A stretch of 64,000 nucleotides of DNA from NCBI GenBank assembly GCA_963669175.1, contig OY769902.1, positions 3,264,001 through 3,328,000 of the forward strand, given 5' to 3'. This document shows positions 19,092 through 31,440 of the stretch, piece after piece (within the stretch, counting starts at the first letter, position 1; the number at the start of each line of letters is the position of its first letter). Origin of the DNA: a bacterium (lineage in GTDB: Bacteria > Electryoneota > Electryoneia > Electryoneales > Electryoneaceae). The notes beneath the pieces were generated by a model. It worked only from the letters and a program-made list of their open reading frames with translations, did not search any database and was not told the origin of the DNA. The position numbers were made by a program, and so were the translations under genes.

Positions 19092-20360
19092 ATGCCCTCA
19101 GGACGATTTTCATACCTGCTGATACTCCTCTTGCTGATACCGGGGATGGTATTGGCTGATGGACTGTTGATCCCGATGGACCTGTCGCAGACCGATCACC
19201 TGCGGGCGTACGGAGTGACCTATCATGCTATCGATGCAGGAGCAGAGGTCGAATGGTTGCTGAATTATCGTGGTGGTTCCTTCCTGATGGACTATTTCCC
19301 GGAAATCGAGCGGTTGTGCCGTTTGAAGGGGGTACAGGTTGAACTGGTTTCCAACGCACAGATTGGCCAAATCTATTCCCAGATAGACAACTCGAACATG
19401 GAACGAATCCGGTTGGAAAAAGCGCCACGTATCGCTGTTTATCAGCCGCCGGATGTGGAGCCCTGGGATGATGCTGTGGCGATGGTCCTGGAGTATACAG
19501 AAATCCCCTATGATAAAGTCTATGACACAGAAGTGCTGACCGGACGTTTGTTCGACTATGACTGGCTGCATCTGCACCACGAAGACTTCACCGGTCAGTA
19601 TGGGAAATTCTGGTCAACCTACCGCAATGCGGATTGGTATGTGGCGCGTAAAGCATCCCAGGAGGAACGTGCGGCAAGGCTGGGATATGAGAAAGTGTCA
19701 CAACTGAAAGCTGCTGTGGTAAGATCCATTCGTGAATACGTGGACAAAGGTGGATTCCTTTTTGCCATGTGCAGCGCTACGGATTCCTACGATATCGCCC
19801 AGGCGGCCATGGGACTGGATATTTGCGATGTGATGTTTGATGGTGATCCGGCAGATCCAAACGCGCAGCAGAAACTGGATTTTTCCAAGACCTGGGCGTT
19901 TCAGAATTTCAGGCTGGTAACCGATCCGGCGCAGTATGAATTCAGTAATATCGATGCGACGCCACAGACCGGTTTCAGCCCACGTGGCGATGATGGCGAC
20001 TATTTCACCCTGTTTGAGTTTTCTGCCAAGTACGATCCTGTCCCGACAATGCTGACTCAGTGCCATACTTCGGTAATCAAAGGGTTTATGGGGCAGACAA
20101 CAGGGTATTGGGAACGATTTGTCAAGCCTGAAGTGATTATCATGGGACGAGTAGAAGGGATGGGAGTTGCCAAATACCTCCATGGCAACAGCGGGCAGGG
20201 AACCTGGACCTTCTATGGCGGGCATGATCCAGAGGATTACCGTCACCATATCGGCGATCCACCCACGGACATCCGCCTGTTCAAGCATAGCCCTGGATAC
20301 CGTCTTATCCTGAACAACATTCTCTTCCCGGCAGCACGGAAAAAAGAACAGAAAACCTGA
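19092..20360 (+). CDS. Conserved secreted FCB-group protein (class I glutamine amidotransferase-like fold; often auto-labelled 'asparagine synthetase B')
   Basis: Signal peptide; conserved motifs WLLNYRGGSF, DWLHLHHEDFTGQYGKF, FAMCSATD, GHDPEDY, SPGYRLILNNILFPAA. Confidence 0.7.
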   Translation: MPSGRFSYLLILLLLIPGMVLADGLLIPMDLSQTDHLRAYGVTYHAIDAGAEVEWLLNYRGGSFLMDYFPEIERLCRLKGVQVELVSNAQIGQIYSQIDNSNMERIRLEKAPRIAVYQPPDVEPWDDAVAMVLEYTEIPYDKVYDTEVLTGRLFDYDWLHLHHEDFTGQYGKFWSTYRNADWYVARKASQEERAARLGYEKVSQLKAAVVRSIREYVDKGGFLFAMCSATDSYDIAQAAMGLDICDVMFDGDPADPNAQQKLDFSKTWAFQNFRLVTDPAQYEFSNIDATPQTGFSPRGDDGDYFTLFEFSAKYDPVPTMLTQCHTSVIKGFMGQTTGYWERFVKPEVIIMGRVEGMGVAKYLHGNSGQGTWTFYGGHDPEDYRHHIGDPPTDIRLFKHSPGYRLILNNILFPAARKKEQKT

Positions 20361-20497
20361 TACGGAATCCTGCCATCTGAATCATGTGTCATCTCCGGTA
20401 AAACCTCTCCTTATAAACATTTGTTGATTACCATACTTGTTAATCGACATGTGGTAATATATCATTTTCATATTCTTAAAAGTGTAGGAGTGAGTTG

Positions 20498-20842
20498 ATG
20501 CACGATATGGTGAAAGCGTTGAAGACGCTTGGCGATGAAGGACGTTTACGTGTGCTGGCGTTGCTTGCATTTGCAGGTGAAGCGTGCGTGTGCGAAGTAC
20601 AGGAAGTGCTTGAGATGTCCACGCCAACGGCCTCCCGTAACCTGCGTTTGCTTGAAGATGCCGGTTGGTGTGAAAGTCGCAGAGAGGGGAAATGGGTGTA
20701 CTACAGACTGACAAAGCTGACACTGGATCGTCAGTTGATTATTGATGGTCTTCAAACAGAGCTGAATGCTTGCGATATCGTTGTGAAAGATCGTGAGAAG
20801 TATGAGGTGCTTGATCAGCAGAGATCCGTTTGCAAATACTGA
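20498..20842 (+). CDS. arsR: ArsR/SmtB metalloregulator
   Basis: 'EACVCE' alpha-3 As(III) site, HTH, 'RREGKWVYY'; first gene of the ars operon. Confidence 0.9.
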   Translation: MHDMVKALKTLGDEGRLRVLALLAFAGEACVCEVQEVLEMSTPTASRNLRLLEDAGWCESRREGKWVYYRLTKLTLDRQLIIDGLQTELNACDIVVKDREKYEVLDQQRSVCKY

Positions 20843-20851
20843 TAAGGGAAA

Positions 20852-21928
20852 ATGATGAAAAGCGGTTCTGCATCGAAAAAGCTATCCTTTCTTGATAGAT
20901 ACCTGACTCTGTGGATATTTCTCGCAATGGGGGCAGGGGTTGGTCTTGGGTTTATTGCACCTGCAATCCCTGAAACCATTGACGCTTTATCGGTAGGTTC
21001 AACGTCGCTGCCGTTGGCTATTGGGCTTATCCTGATGATGTATCCACCTCTTGCCAAGGTCAGGTATGAGGAGCTTTCGGGAGTCTTTAGGAATATACGT
21101 ATCCTTGGGCTGTCACTGGCGTTGAACTGGGTAATTGGGCCGGTGTTAATGTTTGTATTGGCTGTTCTTTTCCTGAGAAATCATCCTGAATACATGACTG
21201 GTCTTATCCTGATCGGCCTGGCACGCTGTATCGCAATGGTTATCGTATGGAATGATCTGGCTGACGGAAGCAGGGAATACGCCGCAGGATTAGTCGCGTT
21301 TAATTCACTATTCCAGGTCTTTTTCTATTCACTCTATGCGTATGTTTTTATCACCATTGTACCAACCTGGTTTGGCATGGAAGGGTATGAAGTTTCGATA
21401 ACCGTGGCTCAGGTGGCGAAAAGTGTATTGATATACCTGGGGATCCCTTTTTTATCCGGGTTCCTGACAAGGTTTGTTTTGCGCCGAGCAAAAGGACAAG
21501 ATTGGTACGATACCAAGTTTATCCCTATAATCAGCCCCATTACGCTGGTGGCGCTGCTCTTTACCATTGTCATCATGTTCAGTCTGAAAGGCGAGATGAT
21601 TATACAGCTTCCATTTGATGTAGTGCGCTTAGCTATACCTCTTGTTATTTATTTCGTAATCATGTTCTTACTTTCATTCCTTATCTCCAAGTGGATAAAA
21701 GCGGACTATCCGAAAGCGACATCAGTTTCTTTCACCGCAGCCTCCAATAATTTCGAGCTGGCGATTGCTGTAGCCATTGGTGTGTTTGGGATTGCGTCTG
21801 GTGAAGCTTTTGCGGCAGTAATAGGTCCCTTGGTGGAAGTGCCTGTGCTGATAGCGCTGGTAAGCGTCGCGCTCTGGATCAGACGTAAATATTTCAATGA
21901 TCAACAAAAAACAGCAGTGAAAGGGTAG
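20852..21928 (+). CDS. acr3: Acr3-family arsenite efflux transporter
   Basis: [50 protein letters not shown]. Confidence 0.96.
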   Translation: MMKSGSASKKLSFLDRYLTLWIFLAMGAGVGLGFIAPAIPETIDALSVGSTSLPLAIGLILMMYPPLAKVRYEELSGVFRNIRILGLSLALNWVIGPVLMFVLAVLFLRNHPEYMTGLILIGLARCIAMVIVWNDLADGSREYAAGLVAFNSLFQVFFYSLYAYVFITIVPTWFGMEGYEVSITVAQVAKSVLIYLGIPFLSGFLTRFVLRRAKGQDWYDTKFIPIISPITLVALLFTIVIMFSLKGEMIIQLPFDVVRLAIPLVIYFVIMFLLSFLISKWIKADYPKATSVSFTAASNNFELAIAVAIGVFGIASGEAFAAVIGPLVEVPVLIALVSVALWIRRKYFNDQQKTAVKG

Positions 21929-21931
21929 ACA

Positions 21932-22357
21932 GTGGACAGAAAAAAAGTACTGGTATTGTGTACGGGGAATTCCGCACGAAGTATCATGGCTGAATACCTG
22001 ATCAACCATGAACTCGGTGATACCTGGGTGGCGTTTTCGGCAGGTGTCGAACCACAAAGCCCAAAACCTCATGCGATACGTGTTTTAGAGGAGCACGGAA
22101 TCGCCACAGAGGGGGTGAGGAGCAAATCAGTAGAGGAGTTTCTTTGTCGTGATGATCTTGATCTGGTTATCACAGTTTGTGATCATGCGAGGGAAAGCTG
22201 TCCGGTGTTTCCGCACCTGGTAGAACAGGTTCACCTGGGAATTGAAGACCCGGCCCCCTTTATTCATGAACCGGATGAGATTGCAATGACCCAATTCCGG
22301 GAAGCGTTTCAGGCAATCAGGGAAGATGTCTTGGGATTTCTTCGGGAGAAGAGGTAG
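21932..22357 (+). CDS. arsC: Thioredoxin-type arsenate reductase (LMW-PTP fold)
   Basis: P-loop CTGNSARS and resolving cysteines TVCD...CP; ars operon context. Confidence 0.92.
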   Translation: MDRKKVLVLCTGNSARSIMAEYLINHELGDTWVAFSAGVEPQSPKPHAIRVLEEHGIATEGVRSKSVEEFLCRDDLDLVITVCDHARESCPVFPHLVEQVHLGIEDPAPFIHEPDEIAMTQFREAFQAIREDVLGFLREKR

Positions 22358-22389
22358 CGGACTGAAGCTGTAGACAGAAGTGAGTGATA

Positions 22390-22431
22390 AAATAGAAGCC
22401 GTCTTTTGAGATCAAAAGACGGCTTCTATTT
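22390..22431. terminator. Bidirectional terminator between arsC and tRNA-Pro
   Basis: 20-bp perfect inverted repeat AAATAGAAGCCGTCTTTTGA/TCAAAAGACGGCTTCTATTT. Confidence 0.8.
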
Positions 22432-22434
22432 GTT

Positions 22435-22510
<76 letters not shown>

Positions 22511-22883
22511 AACAAGGTGAAAAAAAGTGTCCGACGCAACCTGCCCGTCGAACAGAACACGAATATAAAACGAGAATGAAGTGCAGTCAACAAAGCATGC
22601 TCCGCATGAAGAGACACACAAGTCTGATAGCAAATAATTCGCAAAGAGACTCTGGATATAGCAAAATTTAAGTTTTTCCTCTTGACTATTTATCTGTTTA
22701 TGTTCTATAATATTTCATAAATATAACCCATGCAGGGATTGAAGATATTGCGATCTTTATTGGTATGAGTTATATGGGATTATGGAATTTGGAGTTCGAA
22801 AATTCTAATGATGATTCTGTCGTGAAGGGGTTACAAGGAGTTCCGCGCGGAGTGTTGCTTTACCTTTTTAAGGAGGTCGGGAC

Positions 22884-25781
22884 ATGAGTTTGAGCATCAA
22901 AAACAAGATTATCGGTCTTGCTGCCATTTCAGCAATCCTACCGATTGTCGTGCTGATTGTTATCATTGCGATTCAGAAATCAAACACCAGTAAACAAGTT
23001 GCAGCTCAGGTGGATGCACTTGGGGAAAACAATTTGATTCGTGCCGCTGAAGATGTTTATGGCATGTGTGCTGCTGCTGAAGAGATTCTCCAGAACCAGT
23101 TGGAGGCCGGGTTGAAGGTAGCCAACAATGAAGTTGCAAGGCGGGGTGGAGTGGCTGAATCGTCTGGAAGTGTGACTTGGAAAGCAGTGAATCAAATGAG
23201 CAAGTCAACTCAGCAGGTGACAATCCCAAGATTCTATGTGGGCAACCAGTGGCTAGGGCAGAATTATTCCTTTGCCAACAGCACACCGGTTGTAGATGAT
23301 GTAATGAATTTAACAAATCTTACCTGTACGATCTTTCAACGGATGAATAGTTCAGGGGACATGCTGCGTGTTGCAACCAATATCCGTTCGGAGAACGGGG
23401 ATAGGGCTATTGGAACCTATATCCCTGCCACAAATCCTAATGGCTCTTCCAGCGAGATTATTTCATCTGTGTTGCGTGGACAGACTTATAAAGGACGAGC
23501 CTTTGCGGTCGGCAAATGGTACGATACCGTATATGAACCTATCCGTGACAAAAAAGGTTCTGTTATTGGCATGATGTATGTCGGTATCTCTTTCGAAGAT
23601 ATCAGGGGCATCACGGATGCGCTTGACGGAATTGAGCTTGGGAAAGAGGGCTATGTCTTTATTGCGGGCGCCAAGGGTGATATGCAGGCGAAAATTGTCT
23701 ATCACAAGAATAAGGCAACCATTGGCAAGGTGTTGTTGGATCAGCAGGATTCGGATGGGAATTATACATTTAAAATAATGACAGAACGTGCGCTCCAATT
23801 GGCGCCGGGCGAGACCTTTGTGATGCGCTATCCATTTGAAGGTCGGTTGAAGCTTGCGGCCGTGGCCTATTATGAACCCTGGGACTGGGCTATTGGCGCC
23901 AGCGCTTACCAGGATGAATTCCGTGAAGCTCAGGAACAAGTGGACAGATCGCTTGCCGGTTTGATCATTGCTTCCATCATTGCCGGACTGATTCTCGCCT
24001 TTGTGATGAGTATTGTGGCGTTTGTGTCCGGTTCACGTATGGCGAAACCTGTTATACAGGTGCGTGACATCGCGCTTGATATTGCCCAGGGCGATCTTGA
24101 TCAGACTGTTACGATCACAACCAGAGATGAGGTTGGTCAATTGGCGGAAGCGTTCAATGATATGACTGAATCGCTTCGGAAGAAAGCCAATGTGGCCAAA
24201 GAAATCGCTCAGGGTAATTTCAACGTGGAAGTCGAGATTGCATCGAACAAGGATGTGCTTGGAATTTCCATGCAGGAAATGAAAGCTCGATTGGATGCTC
24301 TCAACCATGATACCGGGAATCTTATTCAGGCTGTACAGGAAGGAAAGCTGGATAAACGTGGCGATGCCGCAAACTATCATGGCGCATGGAAAGAACTGGT
24401 TGGAGGTATAAACAGTCTGATTGAAGCTTTCATACAACCCATCGAGATGACAGCAGGATATGTCCAAAGGATCAGCCGTGGTGATATTCCTGAGAAGATT
24501 ACAGCGACTTACCATGGCGATTTCAATGAGATTAAAAACAGTCTGAACACCTGTATTGATGCTATCAACCTGCTGGTTACCGACACCAAGACATTGGTTC
24601 AGTCGGCCCTGGATGGTGAGCTGAGCAAGCGTGCGGACGCTACGAAACACGGTGGCGACTTCAGGGTGATTGTGGATGGCATCAACAACACCTTGAACGC
24701 AGTAGTCAACCCGATCCAGGAAGCGGCTGGAGTTATCCAGGAAATGGCGACCGGCAATCTTGCGGTATCCATGAAGGGAAACTATAAGGGCGACCATGCT
24801 ATCATCAAGGATTCGTTGAATGAAACACTTGAGAAGCTGAACGACTTGATTGCCCAGGTAAGCATTGCGGTTGATCAGGTCAGCTCGGGTGCAAACCAGG
24901 TATCGGATGCCAGCCAGTCCCTGTCGCAGGGCGCTACAGAGTCGGCGAGTTCGCTGGAAGAGATAACCAGCGCGATGACAGAGATCGGCTCGCAGACACG
25001 TAACAATGCTGATAGCGCTGAACAGGCCAATACCATGTCTACGGACACGCAGAGTAGCGCCGACAGCGGCAATCAGAAAATGGATGCCATGTTGGGCGCC
25101 ATGAGTGAGATCAACGCTTCATCCAGTGAGATCAGCAAGATCATCAAGGTGATCGACGAAATCGCATTCCAGACAAACCTGTTGGCGTTGAATGCAGCGG
25201 TGGAAGCAGCTCGTGCCGGTGTGCATGGCAAGGGCTTTGCCGTTGTCGCGGATGAAGTTCGTAACCTGGCGCAACGCTCCGCACAAGCTGCAAAAGAAAC
25301 GACCGAGCTAATCGAAGGGTCGATAAAGCGTGTAGAAAACGGGTCCAACCTGGCCCAGGAGACTGCGGAAGAGTTGGCTGCAATTGCAGAAGGGATCAAC
25401 AAGACAAGCACGTTGATGGCTGAAATTGCATCTTCTTCACGTGACCAGGCGATCGGTATTGACCAGATCAACGATTCATTGGCCAACATTGACACCGTAA
25501 CGCAGGCGAATACCACAAATGCGGAAGAGAGCGCCGCGGCTGCGGAGGAACTCAACAGCCAGGCCGCATCCCTGCAGGCGCTTGTTGCTGAGTTCAAACT
25601 GCGTGAAGATGCGGTACTTGCGGGCAGGCATCAGACTCCCAGAATAGGCGGCGGTGCAAGAAAACCAGCGCCAAAAGCTTTGCCGCATGCCGCTCCGCCC
25701 AAAGCCAGGTTCAAGAAAATGAACGAGGTCGATCCGGAGGATGTCATTCGGTTGGATGACGACGACTTCGCTGACTTCTAG
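22884..25781 (+). CDS. Methyl-accepting chemotaxis protein (Cache sensor, poly-HAMP)
   Basis: Two TMs around a Cache_3/Cache_2-like region ([16 protein letters not shown]), several HAMP repeats, signalling tip [21 protein letters not shown]-terminal DDDFADF tether-like motif. Confidence 0.96.
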   Translation: MSLSIKNKIIGLAAISAILPIVVLIVIIAIQKSNTSKQVAAQVDALGENNLIRAAEDVYGMCAAAEEILQNQLEAGLKVANNEVARRGGVAESSGSVTWKAVNQMSKSTQQVTIPRFYVGNQWLGQNYSFANSTPVVDDVMNLTNLTCTIFQRMNSSGDMLRVATNIRSENGDRAIGTYIPATNPNGSSSEIISSVLRGQTYKGRAFAVGKWYDTVYEPIRDKKGSVIGMMYVGISFEDIRGITDALDGIELGKEGYVFIAGAKGDMQAKIVYHKNKATIGKVLLDQQDSDGNYTFKIMTERALQLAPGETFVMRYPFEGRLKLAAVAYYEPWDWAIGASAYQDEFREAQEQVDRSLAGLIIASIIAGLILAFVMSIVAFVSGSRMAKPVIQVRDIALDIAQGDLDQTVTITTRDEVGQLAEAFNDMTESLRKKANVAKEIAQGNFNVEVEIASNKDVLGISMQEMKARLDALNHDTGNLIQAVQEGKLDKRGDAANYHGAWKELVGGINSLIEAFIQPIEMTAGYVQRISRGDIPEKITATYHGDFNEIKNSLNTCIDAINLLVTDTKTLVQSALDGELSKRADATKHGGDFRVIVDGINNTLNAVVNPIQEAAGVIQEMATGNLAVSMKGNYKGDHAIIKDSLNETLEKLNDLIAQVSIAVDQVSSGANQVSDASQSLSQGATESASSLEEITSAMTEIGSQTRNNADSAEQANTMSTDTQSSADSGNQKMDAMLGAMSEINASSSEISKIIKVIDEIAFQTNLLALNAAVEAARAGVHGKGFAVVADEVRNLAQRSAQAAKETTELIEGSIKRVENGSNLAQETAEELAAIAEGINKTSTLMAEIASSSRDQAIGIDQINDSLANIDTVTQANTTNAEESAAAAEELNSQAASLQALVAEFKLREDAVLAGRHQTPRIGGGARKPAPKALPHAAPPKARFKKMNEVDPEDVIRLDDDDFADF

Positions 25782-25808
25782 ACAGTGTTGGGTTAGTTGA
25801 CAATAGAA

Positions 25809-25848
25809 GAGCCAGCAACCCGGTCAGTAATGGCCGGGTTGCTGGCTC
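25809..25848 (+). terminator. GC-rich hairpin after the MCP gene
   Basis: 18-bp stem GAGCCAGCAACCCGGTCA/TGGCCGGGTTGCTGGCTC; no clear U-tract. Confidence 0.5.
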
Positions 25849-25911
25849 CTGGACAAAATGATAGCTATTTTTACGTATGATACGTTCAACAAAACATAGA
25901 CCGATCTGAGA

Positions 25912-27306
25912 GTGCAGTCATTACCTTCATTATGGCCTGTTGTCAGGCGAAAGCTGAAGCATCCTGAGAAAGTGCTGGTGGCGTTTTCAGGTGGGGCTGA
26001 TTCCTCCGCTTTGCTGCATATGCTTGTGAAAGACAATCAACAAGCAGCAGAACGTGTGGTCGCGGGCTACGTGCATCATGATACAGGCAAGCATGCCGAT
26101 GAAGCCGGGGAGCTCACGCGGAAGGTCGCGACTGATTTAGACGTAGTGTATTCTGTTGCGCATGTGCATGTGTCCAAAGCAGACAAAAAGGCGAGTGGAT
26201 TTGAAGCAGCAGCACGAGCTTTGAGATATGATGCGCTGGATAAAATGGCAGAGGAGCATAATTGTGGGCTGATCGTAACCGGGCATACGGCTGATGATCT
26301 TGCGGAAGGTGTGTTGCTATACATGATGCGCGGCGCAGGGATTGGCGGATTGGCTGGCGCACGGGAAGACACAGGGCGATATTTCAGGCCCCTGCTTAAA
26401 TATCATCACGAAGAACTGGTTCAATTCCTGAAGAATAACGGCTTAGCATTTATTGAAGACCCCAGCAATCAGGATGTATCCTATCATCGGAATCGCATTC
26501 GGCACAGGTTACGTCCTTTAATTGAAAAGGAGTTCGGCGACAGTGCCTGGAATAATCTTGCTGTATCGGCACGTTTTCTGGAAAACGCTGACCAGGTACT
26601 GGATGATCTTGCCGAAAAAGAACTTCAAAAGATTCTCACAGTGAGAAAACCCGGTTGGCTTTTCCTTGCCAAAGCGCCATTGGTCGGGTATCTTCAGGAG
26701 TTGCGGGTGCGAATTCTTGATCGTGCTTTGAGAATGGTCTATGAAGACAGGTCATCTGCAACGTATAATAACAGGAAAGTACTGGAACGACTAGCTAACT
26801 TGTTATATTATAACCCGGGTACGTCAATTGAGTTGCCGTCTGATATTACTGCACAGGTAACCGATACCGGGTTGATAGTTGATGGCATTGCAGCTATAGC
26901 TCCAGTTTCCTGGAATTTGCCGGGATCAGCCATATTGGCAGATGGTTCTGCTCTTGACGCCAGGAGGCTTGAAAACGGGCAGGAAAATGGGATCAAAAAT
27001 TCTGATCGTTGCGTAGAATATGTGGATGCAGAGGCTTTTGGAGCAACTGTAAAAATCCGTCCCTGGCGCCGTGGCGACAGAATGCAGGCGTTTGGGATGG
27101 ACCATGAACGTAAAATCAGTGATTTAGATAGTGGCGCCTCGTACAAGCGTGCAGGTCCAAGATGGGTTGTTGAGACGGAACGAGGAATTGCCTGGAGTAT
27201 TGGCAGCAGAATTGCGGATTGGTGTCGTGTAACAGAGAATACTCGCCAAATCTGGCGTTTGACGTATCAGCCATCGCGAAACCTTGCCGATGGCGAACAA
27301 GGATAG
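25912..27306 (+). CDS. tilS: tRNA(Ile)-lysidine synthetase
   Basis: PP-loop AFSGGADS, GHTADD, RPLL, EDPSN, RNRIR; directly upstream of ftsH. Confidence 0.95.
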   Translation: MQSLPSLWPVVRRKLKHPEKVLVAFSGGADSSALLHMLVKDNQQAAERVVAGYVHHDTGKHADEAGELTRKVATDLDVVYSVAHVHVSKADKKASGFEAAARALRYDALDKMAEEHNCGLIVTGHTADDLAEGVLLYMMRGAGIGGLAGAREDTGRYFRPLLKYHHEELVQFLKNNGLAFIEDPSNQDVSYHRNRIRHRLRPLIEKEFGDSAWNNLAVSARFLENADQVLDDLAEKELQKILTVRKPGWLFLAKAPLVGYLQELRVRILDRALRMVYEDRSSATYNNRKVLERLANLLYYNPGTSIELPSDITAQVTDTGLIVDGIAAIAPVSWNLPGSAILADGSALDARRLENGQENGIKNSDRCVEYVDAEAFGATVKIRPWRRGDRMQAFGMDHERKISDLDSGASYKRAGPRWVVETERGIAWSIGSRIADWCRVTENTRQIWRLTYQPSRNLADGEQG

Positions 27307-27315
27307 AATATTCGA

Positions 27316-29574
27316 ATGTCTGATCCATCAAAAGATAGAAGACCCAAGGATCCCAACGGTCCGGACGACCAGTTCGAGTGGAAGAAAGCTGCAAAGACAG
27401 TAGGTTTCTGGGCGATTCTTATACTTACTGTGATTGTTGTCTTGACCTACCTGAACCCGCAAAACCAGCAGGTGCGCTCCAAATCCTTCACAGAATACTG
27501 GAGCTTGCTGGAATCGGGAAAGATTGAATCTGCAGTTGTTGAAGAACGCAAATTCATCGGTGTGGAAAAAGGCCCTGGTGATCCCGAAACCCGCCAATTT
27601 GTCACCATACTCCCGCTGGACGAAACCGAGCAGTTGAGTCTGTGGCAGGAGAAGGGTGTTGAACTGACATTCAAGGAAAAGGACACCAACTGGCTTGGTG
27701 TTATCCTGACTTCCGTACTTCCCTGGGTCATCCTTATCGGTTTCTGGATATTCCTGATGCGACGCATGCAGGGTGGGGGGACCAAGGGGATCTTCAGCTT
27801 TGGCAAGAGCCGGGCAAAACTGCTTCTGGAAAACAAACCCAAAGTCACTTTTGATGATGTAGCCGGTGCGGAAGAAGCCAAGGAAGAACTGCAGGAAGTT
27901 ATTCAGTTCCTGAAAGATCCCAAGAAATTTGAGCGCCTTGGTGGACGCATCCCACGTGGCGCGCTGCTGGTTGGTCCTCCGGGAACCGGTAAAACCCTCC
28001 TTGGACGCGCTATCGCAGGCGAGGCCGGTGTTCCGTTCTTTTCCATGAGTGGCGCTGACTTTGTCGAGATGTTCGTCGGTGTCGGGGCGAGCCGTGTTCG
28101 TGACCTGTTTGATCAGGGCAAGAAACACGCTCCCTGTATCATCTTCATTGACGAAATTGATGCGGTAGGCCGTCAGCGTGGCGCTGGTCTTGGCGGTGGA
28201 CATGATGAACGTGAACAGACGCTGAACCAGTTGCTGGTTGAGATGGACGGATTTGAGGAAAACGTCGGCGTGATTCTGCTCGCTGCAACCAACCGTCCCG
28301 ATGTACTCGATCCGGCTTTGTTGCGTCCGGGACGTTTTGACCGCCAGATCGTCGTGGATCGACCGGATGTGCGAGGGCGTATCGGAATTCTGAAGGTTCA
28401 CGCCCGCAAGGTGCCGCTTAACGAGGATGTTGATCTGGAAGTCCTGGCAAAGGGCACACCTGGATTCTCCGGCGCTGATCTGGCCAATATGGTCAATGAG
28501 GCCGCATTACTTGCTGCACGTCGTGATGCGGATAAGGTGAACATGCGTGACTTCGAAGACGCCAAGGATAAGGTGATGATGGGCGCCGAGCGTCGCAGCA
28601 TGGTTATCAGCGAAGAAGAGAAGAAGCTGACCGCATATCATGAAGCCGGACACGCCCTGGTTGGTATGTTGACCCCCGGTAGCGATCCTGTGCATAAGGT
28701 CACGATTATTCCGCGTGGTCGGGCGCTTGGTGTTACCTCATACCTGCCAATAGACGAAAAGCATTCATGGTCGAAGAAATATATTGAAGGAAAGTTGCTG
28801 CACCTGATGGGTGGGCGCGCTGCTGAACGGTTGATCTTTGATGATTATACCAACGGCGCCGCTTCCGATATCCAGCAGGCGACCAACATCGCACGCAAGA
28901 TGGTGTGCGACTGGGGCATGAGTGAGAAAATCGGACCACTGGCGCTTGGACAGGGACAGGAAGAGGTGTTCCTGGGCCGCGAGTTCGGACATTCGAAAAC
29001 GTATTCTGAAGCAACCGCTATCGAGATTGATCGTGAAATCAAGCGCATTGTGATGACGGCTCAGAATACCGCCGTTGAATTGCTGGAAACCAATATTGAC
29101 AAACTTCATAGCATTGCCCAAGCATTACTGGAACGTGAGATTCTTGACGGTGATGAAGTTGTTATGCTGATGGACGGTAAAGAGCTCCCTCCGCCGGAAA
29201 AACGTGATCGTAATGGTGGTCGGAAGGCGAAAAAGAAGAGCGAGAAGGACGTATCCGACAGCGACAAGGAAAACGGAATCGACGAGACCGATTCTGACGA
29301 TATCGTGGAATCTGAAACTGATGACCGCTTGAAGAAGGTAGAAGAAGTATTGGCCCAATTGAATACTAAGAAGTCAGACGATTCTGATGATGAAACCGAG
29401 TCATCTGAACATACTGACGAGCAGCTCGAGCAGGCTGAACCGGATTCAGATGCTGAAGACTCAGGTGTGGCTGAACCGGCTGAAGAATCTGAAGATGAAA
29501 AAGCAGCTTCAGAACCGGAAGAAAAGAAAGCTTCCTCCGAATCCGATGAAAAGCCTGACTCCGAAAAGGAGTAG
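27316..29574 (+). CDS. ftsH: ATP-dependent zinc metalloprotease FtsH with long acidic tail
   Basis: Two TMs, Walker A GPPGTGKT, Walker B IFIDEID, SRH, HEAGH. Confidence 0.98.
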   Translation: MSDPSKDRRPKDPNGPDDQFEWKKAAKTVGFWAILILTVIVVLTYLNPQNQQVRSKSFTEYWSLLESGKIESAVVEERKFIGVEKGPGDPETRQFVTILPLDETEQLSLWQEKGVELTFKEKDTNWLGVILTSVLPWVILIGFWIFLMRRMQGGGTKGIFSFGKSRAKLLLENKPKVTFDDVAGAEEAKEELQEVIQFLKDPKKFERLGGRIPRGALLVGPPGTGKTLLGRAIAGEAGVPFFSMSGADFVEMFVGVGASRVRDLFDQGKKHAPCIIFIDEIDAVGRQRGAGLGGGHDEREQTLNQLLVEMDGFEENVGVILLAATNRPDVLDPALLRPGRFDRQIVVDRPDVRGRIGILKVHARKVPLNEDVDLEVLAKGTPGFSGADLANMVNEAALLAARRDADKVNMRDFEDAKDKVMMGAERRSMVISEEEKKLTAYHEAGHALVGMLTPGSDPVHKVTIIPRGRALGVTSYLPIDEKHSWSKKYIEGKLLHLMGGRAAERLIFDDYTNGAASDIQQATNIARKMVCDWGMSEKIGPLALGQGQEEVFLGREFGHSKTYSEATAIEIDREIKRIVMTAQNTAVELLETNIDKLHSIAQALLEREILDGDEVVMLMDGKELPPPEKRDRNGGRKAKKKSEKDVSDSDKENGIDETDSDDIVESETDDRLKKVEEVLAQLNTKKSDDSDDETESSEHTDEQLEQAEPDSDAEDSGVAEPAEESEDEKAASEPEEKKASSESDEKPDSEKE

Positions 29575-29597
29575 GAACTCTGTTGGTACAACCATTC

Positions 29598-29625
29598 AAC
29601 GCCTCTCGCACTCGAGGGGCGTTTT
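29598..29625 (+). terminator. Intrinsic terminator after ftsH
   Basis: AACGCCTCTCG/CGAGGGGCGTT stem with short T-run. Confidence 0.6.
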
Positions 29626-29694
29626 CATTATTATAACTTCCTGAGGTTGGTCCGGCGACGCATTCCCGGAAACAAACGTAAGAGGTATTCGCAG

Positions 29695-30522
29695 ATGGAA
29701 ATCCCACACCGTTTTGTGTCCCCGAAGTGGATCGGGGGGCTGACCGGACTTATCGCCGGTTGGAGTGTTCTGGCCCATGCCGCGTACAAGCGTTGGGGCG
29801 CAGTAAGCCTAATCTATTCAGGGGGCTTGGCGCTTCTGTTTGTTGGCTATTTTCTCCTCGAGATCCTGCTTCGCCTGGTTCACTTGAAAAAACGCGGTGA
29901 AATGGACTATGAACAGCTACAGGCAGTCGTGGGGCTCTATTCCACACTCCAGCCCAAGCTTCCGTTGTTCCAGCTACGCCGATACGCGCTGGGACCGGAT
30001 TCCGCCAGTCTCTACGCCTATTATATCGGACTACGTCGTCCCGGTGTTGTCGTGGAACTGGGAAGCGGCGCTTCGACCGTAATCTCTGGAACACAGCTCA
30101 AGAAGAATAAAAAGGGCAAAGTCATTTCGATTGATGATGATGAGCATTGGGTGAAAGATACGCAGCAGATGCTCAAGGCCCAGGGATTGGATAAGGTGGC
30201 TGAAGTTCGGTATGCGCCACTAAAGACAATCAATTTTCAGGGCGAAACCAAACAGTACTATGATTTGTCCGTTCTGGATGATATCAAGGAAATCGATGTT
30301 CTCCTGGTAGATGGGCCGATTGACCGCTGGGATACGAAAAACAGGCTCCCGGGGATGTACCTGCTGGAAGATCGCCTTACCGAAAACGCTGTTGTCTTTG
30401 CGGATGATACGTTCCGTCCGAACTGGAAAGCCGCTGCAAAACTATGGGCGGACAAATTCGGATTCAAGGTGTGGGAACCATACCCGAACGATCACGAAAC
30501 TTTGATCATGGAACGCAAATAA
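29695..30522 (+). CDS. Membrane-anchored class I SAM methyltransferase (Methyltransf_24-like)
   Basis: Two N-terminal TMs; VVELGSGAST, LLVDGP, ADD motifs. Start uncertain (29647 or 29695). Confidence 0.75.
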   Translation: MEIPHRFVSPKWIGGLTGLIAGWSVLAHAAYKRWGAVSLIYSGGLALLFVGYFLLEILLRLVHLKKRGEMDYEQLQAVVGLYSTLQPKLPLFQLRRYALGPDSASLYAYYIGLRRPGVVVELGSGASTVISGTQLKKNKKGKVISIDDDEHWVKDTQQMLKAQGLDKVAEVRYAPLKTINFQGETKQYYDLSVLDDIKEIDVLLVDGPIDRWDTKNRLPGMYLLEDRLTENAVVFADDTFRPNWKAAAKLWADKFGFKVWEPYPNDHETLIMERK

Positions 30523-30538
30523 GCGGGAATGGGCGCTC

Positions 30539-31408
30539 ATGCTGTGTTATCATGTGAGTGATCTTCATGGTCGAATAGACCGTTACAATAAGCTGTTCCA
30601 GCAGATCGCGGTTGAAAAACCGGATGCTGTGTTTATCGGTGGGGATATTTTTGCGCATAGCGGCTTCGGGATTATGCCTGGTGGTGGAGAACTCTACCAC
30701 CAGGATTTTTTAAATGACTTCATTGCCAATCAGCTTTTTCAATTGCGTGAATCCATGGGACGGTTCGATTATCCGTCGGTTTTCATCATCCTGGGCAATG
30801 ATGACCCACGCATGGAAGAGGCCAGTGTGCTGGATATTGCGGGACAAGGGCTCTGGCAATATGTGCATGATCGGCGGGTTCAATGGCGTCAATATGATAT
30901 TTATGGATATGCCATCGTACCGCCTTCACCGTTCCTGCGCAAAGACTGGGAAAAATATGATGTATCCCGCTACGTTGATCCCGGCTGCATTTCACCGGAA
31001 GACGGGAAACGATCTGTTCCGGTAAACCAGGACAGTATTCGGTACGGAACCATCAAACAGGATCTGGATTCACTGGCAGGTGATGAAGATTTAAGTAAGG
31101 CGATTTTCCTGTTTCACACGCCACCGTATAAAACAAAGCTTGACCGTGCCGCATTGGACGGTAAGATGATTGATTACGTCCCGCTGGATGTTCATGTCGG
31201 AAGTATTGCCGTACAGCGTTTTATCCGTGCCCGCCAACCACTCCTTACCCTCCATGGCCATGTTCATGAATCCACACGCCTCACCGGGCAGTGGCGTGAC
31301 ATGATTGGCCAGACCCACATGTTCAACGCTTCCTGTGATGGCGATGAGCTCTGTATTGTCCGCTTCGACCCGGAAATATTGGATCAGGCGAACAGGTTGA
31401 TGCTCTGA
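30539..31408 (+). CDS. Calcineurin-like metallophosphoesterase (Icc-related)
   Basis: SDLHG, GGD, GNDD, HTPP, HGHVHE motifs. Confidence 0.9.
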   Translation: MLCYHVSDLHGRIDRYNKLFQQIAVEKPDAVFIGGDIFAHSGFGIMPGGGELYHQDFLNDFIANQLFQLRESMGRFDYPSVFIILGNDDPRMEEASVLDIAGQGLWQYVHDRRVQWRQYDIYGYAIVPPSPFLRKDWEKYDVSRYVDPGCISPEDGKRSVPVNQDSIRYGTIKQDLDSLAGDEDLSKAIFLFHTPPYKTKLDRAALDGKMIDYVPLDVHVGSIAVQRFIRARQPLLTLHGHVHESTRLTGQWRDMIGQTHMFNASCDGDELCIVRFDPEILDQANRLML

Positions 31409-31440
31409 TAGCATACAGCCAATGAAATGACATGGGAGCG

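Noticed and set aside
27328-29591. Long antisense ORFs (357 aa, Ser-rich 161 aa; likewise 24033-24797 and 25073-25597)
   Set aside because: Shadow frames of ftsH and the MCP gene with no independent motifs.
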